Positions 38,908 to 50,700 of a stretch of 64,000 nucleotides of DNA are shown here, piece by piece; within the stretch, counting starts at the first letter, position 1; each line of letters starts with the position of its first letter. The notes beneath the pieces are model-generated. The model was not told the DNA's origin, did not search any database, and worked only from the letters and a program-made list of their open reading frames with translations. Source of the stretch: Eledone cirrhosa (lineage: Eukaryota); contig OZ024740.1 in assembly GCA_964016885.1 (NCBI GenBank), forward strand, positions 408,890,001 to 408,954,000, read 5' to 3'. The position numbers and the translations under genes are program-made.

Positions 38908-39430
38908 CCATGATTGTTGCTGGAAATTTTGTCTGCATGACTTTGGCCATGTCCTTGAGTGCAACAGCAAGCCACCTCTTGTTCTTGGAATTGATCTTCT
39001 GGTCTTAGCAGAAGTTCTTGTTGGAGAAGAACTACAGCATGTTTGGCTCCAGTGGGTGTGTCAATTTGTTGATCAGCTTGGTGTGCTTGAGTTGATTTTC
39101 CTGCATCATCTTGGATAGAAATTGTCTCTTCCTCATCTTGAATGAAATGTAGCAAATGATCTCATGTACCACCAGCCAGTTGGTGATCCCTTGCACATCA
39201 GCAATAAACTCTGCCGTTCTGACGGTGTTAGATCATCGATCAGGGGTTTTGCTGTCTTCTGTCGCCTCATTGTCGAATCCTGAATCTTCCAGCTCCTTCC
39301 TGACCTCTTTTCCACCATCCTTCTGTTGATGCTGAAGAAGTTTGAAATCTTGTTTGTCCTTTCGGTGCAAATTCCAAGGAGAACTGTGTCTCTTCCACAA
39401 ATTGAGGGGTCCAAATTGTCCAGAGTCAAT
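38908..39430 (-). pseudogene. Decayed Tc1/mariner-superfamily (maT/DD37D-like) transposase, N-terminal half
   Basis: Broken minus-strand frames: TVRTAEFIADVQ, and MRKRQFLSKMMQENQLKHTKLINKLTHPLEPNML*FFS-KNFC*DQKINSKNKRWLA...VMQTKFPATIMV, matching the WFFSDEKNF..N..N.RW..K.P..IMV pattern. Confidence 0.75.
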
Positions 39431-39652
39431 TATTCTGCAAAGCCAAATGTAAAAATGGTTCTTGTTTTCAAGTGAAAAAAGACCAACAGCGATAGAAAAA
39501 AAATATGCGTAAAATTAGCAGTTAAAAATTGTGAACGAACACTGTCCGCAACCTGTATATATGTGTGTGTGTGTCTATATATATGTATATGTGTGTGTGT
39601 GTTGAAAGTAATAAAAAGAGTGCCAATAATAATAATAAAAATACATAATATA

Positions 39653-39975
39653 AGGCACATGGCTTAGTGGTTAGAGCATTGGCCTTGCAATCGAAAGGTT
39701 GTGAGTTCAATTCTCAGACTGGGTGATGTGTTGTTTCCTTGAGCAAGACACTTTATTTCACATTGCTCCAGTTTACTCAGCTGTAGAAATGAGATGATAG
39801 GGACTGGGGTCCCTATCATTCCACTGTAAAGTGGTCGTGGAGGTGCCACGGCAAAAAAGCACCCAGCACTCACTGTAAATGAGGTTGGTGTTAGGAAGGG
39901 CATCCAGCTGTAGAAATCAAGCCAGAATCAGTTCCCGTCCCACCCTTGCAAGCAGGGAAAAGTGGACGTAATATG
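39653..39975 (+). mobile_element. SINE family B (RTE-type tail 2)
   Basis: Differs from 22798-23120 at only a handful of positions. Confidence 0.9.
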
Positions 39976-40004
39976 AAATGAAAAAATGAAAAAATGAAAC
40001 CAGG

Positions 40005-40507
40005 AAAGATACATAGATGTGGAGGGTGCTTGGAGAACATAGTAGCTAGAATAAGAACAGGGTGTAAGAAGTTGGAACTACTATACCTGTTAATAACAAC
40101 AGCCTTCTCTCTATGAATAAAAGGTCAACTGTTTGATGTTTGTGTGAGGTACCATGCTGCATGGTAGTGAGACATGGGCAGTGAATGCAGTAGACATGCG
40201 AGGCTGGAGAGAAATGAGGCAAGCATGCTTCAATGGGTTTGTAATGGTATGTAGGAGTGACAGTATGGATGAACTGAGGGAGAAACTGGGTATTGGAGGA
40301 CCTATAAGTAGTGTGCAAGAGAGGAGTGCCAAGTTATCTTAGTGGAGGGTGGCTGTGGTAGGGGAAATCCTGGCTGGAAGTGGTGAGAGCTGATCTCAGA
40401 TCACTAAAGCTCACGGATGAGATGACAAAGGAATGTGATATGTGGAGAGATGCTGTACTGAGAAGGACCCGTGCACTCGTGGATTAATGGATATAAAATA
40501 ATGATAT
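40005..40507 (+). mobile_element. Degenerate RTE LINE 3' fragment
   Basis: MLHGSETWAVNAVDMR...ELREKLGI; homologous to 13315-13787. Confidence 0.8.
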
Positions 40508-41277
40508 ATATATATATCTCTTGTGTAGTACATTGTTGGTTTTCAAGTTCTACTCTTTAATCAATTAATCAATATATAGACAGGATTGAGAACTTGACAT
40601 AGTTTTCTTTCCAAGTTGTGATGTAATCATGCTCCTCTCTGTACACAGAGTATCAATATAACAAAGAAGTCAGTGTGCTTGAATCTTACATCATTTTATT
40701 CATTTCTTTATTGCTGTTATGTATATTTCATTGATATCTATTGTGTATTAGCTGTAAGCTCATTGGACAGCTATTGTGTGATATATCCTGGGTGGAGATG
40801 TTGCTTCTCCAATGCCCAGCTGACATTCAGTGTAAGACTAGCTACCATCATCTGCTTGATCATTCCATTTTCAGTTAAAAGTTTGTTTGACACTATAAAG
40901 TAGGTATTTTAGAGATGGTTTGTATTGAAGTATGATGCCAGCAATTCAAAGAATGGTCAGTATTTTAGGTATCTACAGTTGTAAGGATTCACTTTCCCTG
41001 TAGTGGGTTGTTTTTCTTCACATATTTGATTGATGTGATGCCACTAATACAAGTATGTTTTGAACTCCCACTGTTTCTATGGGTGGTCTGATAACAAAAC
41101 CAGAAACAACAGAACTAGCTGTACAAAATACTACCGCCAATTTTGTTTCCTATGTTAGAAAATGCCCTATTAGAATATCAGCGGGTGTTGGAGGAGCAAC
41201 ATCAGGAACTGCCTGGGACATATCGCACATTGTACAAGGGACTTCACAGTGTCTGTCTAATGAGGTTGTGTCTATAG

Positions 41278-41600
41278 CAGTGGTCTCCAATCTTTTTTAT
41301 ACCATGGACCAGCTTCATACTGGACAATCTTTCCACTGACTGGTAGTTGTACATATGTGTTATTTAAGTGCATTTTGATAAAGAGAGCAATTTATTAAAG
41401 TAGATGAATATTGAATATTTAAACAAATCTTTTAAAATTGAAATCCAATATTCAATTTATCTATTATAGATAAAGCAGGGAAAAGCAGACGTATGATGAT
41501 GATAATTTTAAACAAGTTAATTATTTCTTTGCAGCCCAGTAGCAAATGATCCAGAGGTCCCCAACTACCGGTCTGCAGCCCGGTAGTTAGGGGACCTCTG
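41278..41600. mobile_element. hAT (Charlie-like) MITE
   Basis: TIR CAGTGGTCTCCAA / TAGGGGACCTCTG; 8-bp TSD GTCTATAG / GCCTATAG; a partial second copy lies at about 37861-38043. Confidence 0.85.
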
Positions 41601-42054
41601 GCCTATAGTATGGTGAATGCCTCTGAAGTAATCAATGAGGTGATATAGGATTCAAGCACACTCACTTCTTCTCCACACTGTAAAGTGGTCAGTTTGATGC
41701 TACGATAAAAAGGTCCCATTCACACTGTAAATGTGGTTGGCGTTAGGAAGGGCATCCAGCCATAGAAACCAAGCCAGAAATGATTCTGTATGAGCATGAT
41801 ATGGTTTCACACTGGGACAACACGTCTAACCCATGCTATCGTTGAAAATGGACATTAAATGGTGATGATGATGATATATACATATATATTATTCAGTTGA
41901 TGAAAGTTGCTTGATCAAATAATCTGCCTACTTTTTCGTAAACAGACGTAAAGCACTCGGTGATTTGTATTTCTTAGGATTTTCTCAGTAAGAATGAAGA
42001 TGTACGAATAAAACTGTTTCTCTTATTTATTATATATATATATATTTGTATATT

Positions 42055-42610
42055 ATCATCACTGTTTAGCATCCGTTTTTCCTTGCTAACATGGATTAGA
42101 TGAGTTGTCCTGCTGTGACACAAGCCAGATTAGATGACCGTGTCTTGCTCATACAGAACTGATTTTGGCTTGGTTTCTATGGCTGGATGCCTTTCCTAAT
42201 GCCAACCACCTTTACAGTGTGGACTGAGGGCTGTGGTGAGGATGGTACATGGGGATGGGAGAGGTAGATATAGGGGATGTGGGGAAGGTAGGAGGGAAAG
42301 TGGTGCATACTGAATGTATGTTTCAACCTGTGAATATGGGAAGGTGGGTCTTCTGTATTATTGCATAATGCCAGAGATCTCGATCTTGTGTCTTCTTTGA
42401 GAGGTGAAATTGTGCAAGGTCAGCCTTTATCACCTCATCCCAAGTCTTCCTAGGTCTTCCTGTTCCATAGCTACCATCAACTTGGAGTGCCCTGCACTTT
42501 TTTTTATACAGCTGCCATCCTTCATACACATCACATGTCCATACCAACACAGTCTCCTCTTATGCCTAGTTTCTCTCTCAGTTCATTTATCCTTTGCCTT
42601 TCATGTATAT
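42055..42610 (-). mobile_element. RTE LINE 3' fragment
   Basis: Minus-strand KKCRALQVDGSYGTGRPRKTWDEVIKADL, followed by the same 3' UTR type as 4410-5092. Confidence 0.82.
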
Positions 42611-42892
42611 TACTATTACACATTCAATGAAGCATGTCAGCTTCATTTCTTTCCCATCTTCGCAGGTCCTCTGCACACAGAGCCCAAGTCTCTCTACCTA
42701 GCTGCTCATGTATATATATAGGTGCAGAATTATACCATGATGATTGTCTATTAACAATAATGCATCTCGACCCATCATGTTTGGAGAGATGTAGAAAAAC
42801 AAATTAGATGTTTTTTAGACAATATAACTTCTCTATAACTTTTGAGAATAGCATAAAAAAAGTAAACTTTGTAGATATCATTATGAACCTAT

Positions 42893-43070
42893 ATTGGCAG
42901 TATCGGTAGAGGGTCGGACGCCATGCTTTCCAGCATAGTTACGTCCCTTTACGATCTGAGTTCAAATCCCGCCGAGGTTGACTTTGCTTTTCATCTTTAC
43001 GGGGTCGATAAAATAAAGTACCAGTAATGCACTGGGTAATTGCTGGCCTTGTGCCTAAAGTAGAAACAAT
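42893..43070 (+). mobile_element. SINE family A copy with TSD
   Basis: TSD ATTATGAACCTAT on both sides. Confidence 0.9.
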
Positions 43071-43254
43071 TATGAACCTATCCATGGGTCTTTGTTGCCC
43101 ATACCATAAGCTGAACAAGAATTTTCACTGTGTACATTGGAACTCTAACCATCCTAATTCCATTGTTAATAAACTTGAAAACAACATTTCTATGGGGTTT
43201 CTAAATCGTTGGCAACTGAGGAGATTTTCATGGAAAACACTTGGTATTATAATG

Positions 43255-43440
43255 AGGGCGGTGGATTGGCAGTATCGGTAGAGGGTCTGACGCATGCTTT
43301 GCAGCAAAGAGTTACGGCCCTTTATGGTCTAAGTTCAAATCCCGCCAAGGTTAACTTTGCCTTGTCCTTACAGGGTCGATAAAATAAAGTACCAGTAATG
43401 CACTGGGATAATTGCTGGCCTCATGCCAAAAGTAGAAACA
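43255..43440 (+). mobile_element. SINE family A copy with TSD
   Basis: TSD ATTATAATGA on both sides. Confidence 0.88.
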
Positions 43441-43449
43441 ATTATAATG

Positions 43450-45300
43450 AAGCCCTAAATACGAGTGGATACAAGGAAAAGATAAAGTATATACTAAGAA
43501 TTACTAAATTAGATACTTCTATTACTGACTTTATATATAATACAGATACTCCACCCATGGATATTACAAATAATAATAAGAATTTAAGAAAAATCAAAAT
43601 AATAGCAACTGCCTTCACCTTGGAACTAACCACAACTTGTATAATTATATTACTATTATAAGTAAAACCTTTCCTATTTCTAACACAACACCACACACAC
43701 ATGTAAGATCACTACACCTACATGAAGCAATGAAGCAATCTCGTAATAATGAGAATAACTCCAGGATAATAAATAATGCTAATCACATGACAGCTTATAC
43801 ATCCAATAACTCTATAAATCATAGAACATACAAACCCACAAACAACAATAAAACAAAATATTAGAAAAAATGTAACAAGAAGTGACAGAAGTAATAGTTA
43901 TAGCATTAACTCATATACTCTAGAAAACAAACCAATACACACTAACTCTAATGATGAAAACAACAGTATTTAAACAATAAAAAATGTATCCTCTTATTCC
44001 TAGAAAAAGCAGAGTCACATAGTATAATCCACCATACAATGCCCAAACAAAGGGTTTTACACCCTCCAAATTCTTCTTGATCATCAGAAAAAACTTCCCA
44101 CCTACAGATACCACCAAATCTTTAATACTTTTACCATTGAACTCTCTTACGCTACCTCATTCTGCTACAGCAGAAGATAAGTACATCAAATATCTCAAAA
44201 CTTTAAGTTGATTTAGTACATGATCATATCTCAATGCTAAGCAAAGAGCCTAGATTAACCCCTAGTAATACACAGAACTCAGTAAATCACAATAGCAGTG
44301 TTAATAGCAATATGAACACAACTAAGATGGATACTGTGGTATTTAATGAACCAACTAGCTCTTCTGTAGTTATACATGAACAGGATGCCCTCGCTAATGC
44401 AGATAATAATAATAATAATAATAATAATATAGTTGATACCGATCCTAATATCACAATGGATCTAGACAAGTATCTAAAAGTAGAAACAGTAACCGTAAAC
44501 CTGACTGCACCCGCAATTCTTCTGATGATCCAAGTAACCTAAACTGCAATTGCAGAATTTAAATAAACTGCCCGTTTAAGGGAAATTATTTTATTAGCAG
44601 TATACTTTATCAATGTAAATTCGTTAGACAAAACAATACACAATTACATAGGCACAATAGCAATCGTATTTCCCGGCGTCTTCGACGCTACTTTTTTCCT
44701 AAAATAAGTCTCAAAAATCTACCATGCGCCCTGGAGGCTGAAGGTTATTTATTATTTTTTCTCAAATTTTGGGTTGTCAAAATTATGGTACGTCCTTGAG
44801 GACAACGCATCTTCGGCGCCGGGAAATACGGTAATTCCTTTAAGAAAAGATATTTTTCTCATTCGCTTTCATTTCAACACAGTAAATTGATGAATACAAC
44901 TTTATTAGCGGAAGCTATTAATAAATGTAAACTTAAGAGTATCAAATATAATTTAGAATAGAGCGTCTTAAAGAAACACAAGCAATATCAAGGAAAATGT
45001 TGGGAATATTTGTTATATTGCAGGAGATTTTCCAAATCATGATCTCCAAAGAATCTCTTCTTGACAAGAAACAAGATCTAATAATATCCTGCAATCACAA
45101 AATCCTAAAACTTTTAGATTCTACAAACTTAACTTTTAACACCACACTTTTTTCCATTAATATCCTCTGAAATATCCAAATTCACATAATTCCTCACGAT
45201 GAGTGCTTTCATAAGCTGCTGCTGAAATTGAATTGCATTAATCTAAACCAGTTCTATTTTCTATCTATTTTCATTTTTGATTTCATTGTTTATTTGTATT
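43450..45300 (+). mobile_element. Decayed Penelope-like retroelement (linker and GIY-YIG endonuclease)
   Basis: YNPPYN at 44023, KFFLIIRKNFP, CNCR...CP.KGN at 44545, ILYQC, and YIGTIA|NSFKKRYFSH at 44645, with stops and frameshifts. Confidence 0.78.
44664..44831. mobile_element. pogo/Tigger-type MITE inserted in the Penelope endonuclease
   Basis: TIR (T)CGTATTTCCCGGCG / CGCCGGGAAATACGG|TA. Confidence 0.82.
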
Positions 45301-45740
45301 TTTTAAATATTTACTTGTATGTATACATGTGTGCATAGATACATGAGGAATCAATCATATATATGTCTATAGATGTGTAATTATGTATATATATATGTAT
45401 GTTTGTATATCTATAAATAAATGTGTGTATATATATGTATGTATGTTTGTATATGTATATATGTATGTTTATGTATGTATGTATGTATATGTGTGTGTAT
45501 ATACATATATATATAGGAGGACACTTCAGTTGTGTCAAAGACATGACAACATATCCTGTGCACATTGTAGAATGTGAGACCTTACATAAGAGAGATAATA
45601 GATCCCTAGCCAGTTTGGGAGTGTTAGTAGCCCCACTTCAGTGCTGATTTCTCTTGGCCTATGTATACCTATCTGACTGTTGCTAGGAAGGAAAGTGGAT
45701 GTTAAAATGATGATGAGGATCATATATATATATAATATAT

Positions 45741-46042
45741 CATCATCATCATCATTGTTTAACGTCCATCTTATACGCTAGCATGGATTAGATGGTTTTG
45801 TCCACATTTACAGTGTGAAATGGGAGCCTTTTCACTGTGTCTCCTACATGGCCACCTTACAGTGTGGACTGTTGTGTCATCAACACAGTGGACAGAACGG
45901 GAGAGGGAGGATGGGGTAGGGTGTGACGATGGGGTGTACATTGAGTTAAGAGGTGCCTACTGACTGTAGGTTTGTATGCAATGGTAGTCGGGTCTTCTGT
46001 ACGACTGCATGGCACCAAAGTTCTCGATCCAGTGTCATTGTC
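45741..46042 (-). mobile_element. RTE LINE 3' UTR fragment
   Basis: Reverse complement of the 4650-5090 type 3' end, with a (CAT)n tail at 45741. Confidence 0.7.
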
Positions 46043-46059
46043 TATATACGTTTATATAT

Positions 46060-46830
46060 AGATGATGGGCAATAACAGCTGGGTTATGGGCATCTCCATG
46101 TTCCCATCACTGTTGATGGCAAGAATCTGAAGTAGGGGAAATCTTTTACTTATCTTGGCAGCAAGGTGAGTAGCTCTGCATCCTTGGCTGATGAGATTGT
46201 CAGTTGCATCTCTAAAGCAACTGACGCCTTTAGCAAACGAAAGTTGCAGTTTATCATGCAGTGGTACTGACAACACTCTTATATGGCGCAGAGTCATGGA
46301 CACTTTATCGCACTCATATTAACAAGCTTGATGTCTTCAACAAACATTGTCTTCGCTCTGTTTGTGGTTATGCACTTTCTGACAGAATCTCAAATGCCAA
46401 TTTCTTTATGATGTGCAACATTGGTGGGATTGAGTCATTTCTGATGCAGTCCCAACTCAGATGGGTTGGTCATGTTCTACGGATGACTGAGGACCACACA
46501 CCCAAGGTACTCTTATGGATTCAACCTCATAATGATGCACGTATTGTAGGCAGACCATTATTCAGATATAAGGACAAGCTGAGGTACAATCTTAAATCAG
46601 TGCACATACCTCTCACTTCATTTGAAGCTCTAGCTGCTGACCATGGAAAATGGAGAACTGTCTGCCATGAGGGTATAAAGAAGTATGAAAAATCACGATT
46701 GGTCCATCTTTGTGATCGAAGATCTACTATCAAGAGCAGATCAAATATTCTATCCTGCTCGGCTCAAGATCCTGCTATCTGCACTAAATTTGGCAGCTGG
46801 AATAAAGAGCCATTTAAGATATCACCATAA
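46060..46830 (+). mobile_element. RTE/BovB-like LINE fragment (RT thumb and C-terminus)
   Basis: FTYLGS, then VLTTLLYGAESWTLYR...QLRWVGHVLRM...GRPLFRYKDKL. Confidence 0.85.
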
Positions 46831-47107
46831 AAATTTAACTGAGCCCTTAGATGAGGCTTGTCAAAGTGCAGCTGAAACAGTTGTCAGGTGGTGTGGGTGA
46901 TGAAGTTGTATGTGTGGAAGCAGGGATGTGAACCAGGAGAGGAGTTGGAAGGAGGGAGGGGACCATGGACAAGAAGGTTCCTAATGTTGCATGCGCATTA
47001 GGATGATTGAGAAATGGGAGGGGAGACCTTATGTAGAGCTTTTGTTCCGTGTATGAACATAAATAAATAAATAAATATATATACATAAATATAAAAATAT
47101 ATTTATT

Positions 47108-47690
47108 TTGAAAGACGACAGCTGTATAAAAAAGTGCAGGGCAATAAAGATAGACGGTGGCCACGGAGTAGGCAGACCCAGAAAAACCTGGGGCGACCTG
47201 ATAAATTCCGACCTCACACACTTACACTTCTCCAAGACAATGTCACTGGACCGAGACCTTTGGCGGTACTCAGTAATAGAGAAGACCCGCCTTACCTAAA
47301 CACAAAGTAAAACCTACTACAGTCAGTAGGAACCTCTAACAAAATAACCCCCCCCCCCCCCCCTCTTGCCCCCCATCCACACCGCCCCTTTCAATGTAAG
47401 GTTATGTTGGTGCCACAACATCCAGGCCGAAACAAATGAGATCGTGTAGGTGTCACGACAAAAAAAACACACAGTCCACGCTGTAATGTGGCCGTGTAGG
47501 TAACACGGTAAAAACCTCCCAGTCCCACACTGTAAATGTGGTTGGTGTTGGGAAGGGCATCCAGCTGTAGAAAACCCGCCAGACAGTCCTATGCGAGCAA
47601 GACAACCACTCTTGCCTCAAGTGGGAAAATTCCCGTCCAAACCCATGCAAGCGTGGAACATAGACGTGAAATGATGATGATGATGATGAT
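47108..47690 (+). mobile_element. RTE LINE 3' fragment, same family as 4410-5092
   Basis: Near-identical KDDSCIKKCRAIKIDG...GRPRKTWGDLINSDL, shared 3' UTR and (ATG)n tail. Confidence 0.88.
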
Positions 47691-47764
47691 TTATTTGGTT
47701 CCTTTACCGGTTTCGCAGTTCTTCTGCTTTTCAAAAGTAGAGTTGAGATGGAGGGTCTGGTTTT

Positions 47765-50700
47765 TCTACCCAGAGTCTGTCCAAGAATGTCATCCCTTTC
47801 ACCTGCCACTAAGCCTCTACCCAGAGTCTGTCCAAGAATGTCATCCATTTCACCTGTCATTAAGCCTCTACCCAGAGTCTGTCCAAGAATGTCATCCCTT
47901 TCACCTGCCACTAATTTTCTATCCAGAGTCTGTCCAAGAATGTCATCCTTTCACCTGTCACTAAGCCTCTACCCAGAGTCTGCCCAAGAATGTCATCCCT
48001 TTCACCTGTCACTAAGCCTCTGCCCAGAGTCTGTCCAAGAATGTCATCTCTTTCACCTGTCACTAAGCCTCTACCCAGAGTCTGCCCAAGAATGTCATCC
48101 CTTTCACCTGCCACTAAGCCTCTACCCAGAGTCTGTCCAAGAATGTCATCTCTTTCACCTGCCACTAAGCCTCTACCCAGAGTCTGTCCAAGAATGTCAT
48201 CTCTTTCACCTGCCACTAAGCCTCTACCCAGAGTCTGCCCAGGAATGTCATCCCTTTCACCTGCCACTAAGCCTCTACCCAGAGTCTGTCCAAGAATGTC
48301 ATCCCTTTCACCTGTCACTAAGCCTCTACCCAGAGTCTGCCCAAGAATGTCATCCCTTTCACCTGCCACTAAGCCTCTACCCAGAGTCTGCCCAAGAATG
48401 TCATCCCTTTCACCTGCCACTAAGCCTCTACCCAGAGTCTGTCCAAGAATGTCATCACTTTCACCTGCCACTAAGCCTCTACCCAGAGTCTGTCCAAGAA
48501 TGTCATCCCTTTCACCTGCCACTAAGCCTCTACCCAGAGTCTGTCCAAGAATGTCATCCCTTTCACCTGTCACTAAGCCTCTACCCAGAGTCTGTCCAAG
48601 AATGTCATCCCTTTCACCTGTCACTAAGCCTATACCCAGAGTCTGTCCAAGGATGTCATCCCTTTCAACTGCCACGAAGCCTCTACCCAGAGTCTGTCCA
48701 AGAATGTCATCCCTTTCACCTGTCACTAAGCCTCTACCCAGAGTCTGTCCAAGAAAGTCATCCCTTTCACCTGTCACTAAGCCTCTAAGCAGAGTCTGTC
48801 CAAGAATGTCATCCCTTTCACCTGCCACTAAGCCTCTACCCAGAGTCTGTCCAAGAAAGTCATCCCTTTCTCCTGCCGCTAAGCCTCTACCCAGATTCTG
48901 ACCAAGAATGTCATCCCTTTCACCTGTCACTAAGCCTCTACCCAGAGTCTGTCCAAGAATGTCATCCCTTTCCCCTGCCACTAAGCCTCTACCCAGAGTC
49001 TGTCCAAGAATGTCATCCCTTTCACCTGTCACTAAGCCTCTAACCAGAGTCTGTCCAAGAATGTCATCCCTTTCACCTGCCACTAAGCCTCTAGCCAGAG
49101 TCTGTCCAAGAATGTCATCCCTTTACCCTGCCACTAAGCCTCTACCCAGAGTCTGCCCAAGAATGTCATCCCTTTCACCTGCCACTAAGCCTCTACCCAG
49201 AGTCTGTCCAAGAAAGTTATCCCTTTCACCTGTCACTAAGCCTCTACCCAGAGTCTGCCGAAGAATGTCATCCCTTTCACCTGCCACTAAGCCTCTACCC
49301 AGAGTCTGTCCAAGAATGTCATCCCTTTCACCTGTCACTAAGCCTCTACCCAGAGTCTGTCCAAGAAAGTCATCCCTTTCACCTGTCACTAAGCCTCTAA
49401 CCAGAGTCTGTCCAAGAATGTCATCCCTTTCACCTGTCACTAAGCCTCTACCCAGAGTCTGTCCAAGAATGTCATCCCTTTCCCCTGCCACTAAGCCTCT
49501 ACCCAGAGTCTGTCCAAGAATGTCATCCCTTTCACCTGTCACTAAGCCTCTACCCAGAGTCTGTCCAAGAATGTCATCCCTTTCAACTGCCACTAAGCCT
49601 CTATCTAGAGTCTGTCCAAGAAAGTCATCCCTTTCACCTGTCACTAAGCCTCTACCCAGAGTCTGTTCAAGAATGTCATACCTTTCACCTGTCACTAAGC
49701 CTCTACCCAGAGTCTGCCCAAGAATGTCATCCCTTTGACCTGTCACTAAGCCTCTACCCAGAGTCTGTCCAAGAATGTCATCCCTTTCACCTGTCACTAA
49801 GCGTCTACCCAGAGTCTGCCCAAGAATGTCATCCCTTTCACTTGTCACTAAGCCTCTACCCAGAGTCTGCCCAAGAATGTCATCCCTTTCACCTGCCACT
49901 AAGCCTCTACCCAGAGTCTGTCCAAGAATGTCATCCCTTTCACCTGTCATTAAGCCTCTACCCAGAGTCTGTCCAAGAATGTCATCCCTTTCACCTGCCA
50001 CGAAGCCTCTGCCCAGAGTCTGTCCAAGAATGTCATCCCTTTCACCTGTCACTAAGTCTCTACCCAGAGTCTGTCCAAGAATGTCATCCCTTTCACCTGC
50101 CACTAAGCCTCTACCCAGAGTCTGTCCAAGAATGTCATCCCTTTCACCTGTCATTAAGCCTCTACCCAGAGTCTGTCCAAGAATGTCATCCCTTTCACCT
50201 GCCACTAAGCCTCTACCCAGAGTCTATCCAAGAATGTCATCCCTTTCACCTGTCACTAAGCCTCTACCCAGAGTCTGTCTAAGAATATCATCCCTTTCAC
50301 CTGCCACTAAGCCTCTACCCAGAGTCTGTCCAAGAATGTCATCCCTTTCACCTGCCACTAAGCCTCTACCCAGAGTCTGTCCAAGAATGTCATCCATTTC
50401 ACCTGTCATTAAGCCTCTACCCAGAGTCTGTCCAAGAATGTCATCCCTTTCACCTGCCACTAATTTTCTATCCAGAGTCTGTCCAAGAATGTCATCCTTT
50501 CACCTGTCACTAAGCCTCTACCCAGAGTCTGCCCAAGAATGTGATCCCTTTCACCTGTCACTAAGCCTCTGCCCAGAGTCTGTCCAAGAATGTCATCTCT
50601 TTCACCTGTCACTAAGCCTCTACCCAGAGTCTGCCCAAGAATGTCATCCCTTTCACCTGCCACTAAGCCTCTACCCAGAGTCTGTCCAAGAATGTCATCT

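Noticed and set aside
44234-44542. 102-aa Asn-rich ORF as a kinase exon
   Set aside because: It lies within the Penelope-like relic, is low complexity and has no convincing splice sites.
801-45723. Numerous 60-150 aa ORFs in the track
   Set aside because: They are microsatellite translations (YI/HT/ER runs), antisense frames of repeats or chance AT-rich ORFs.
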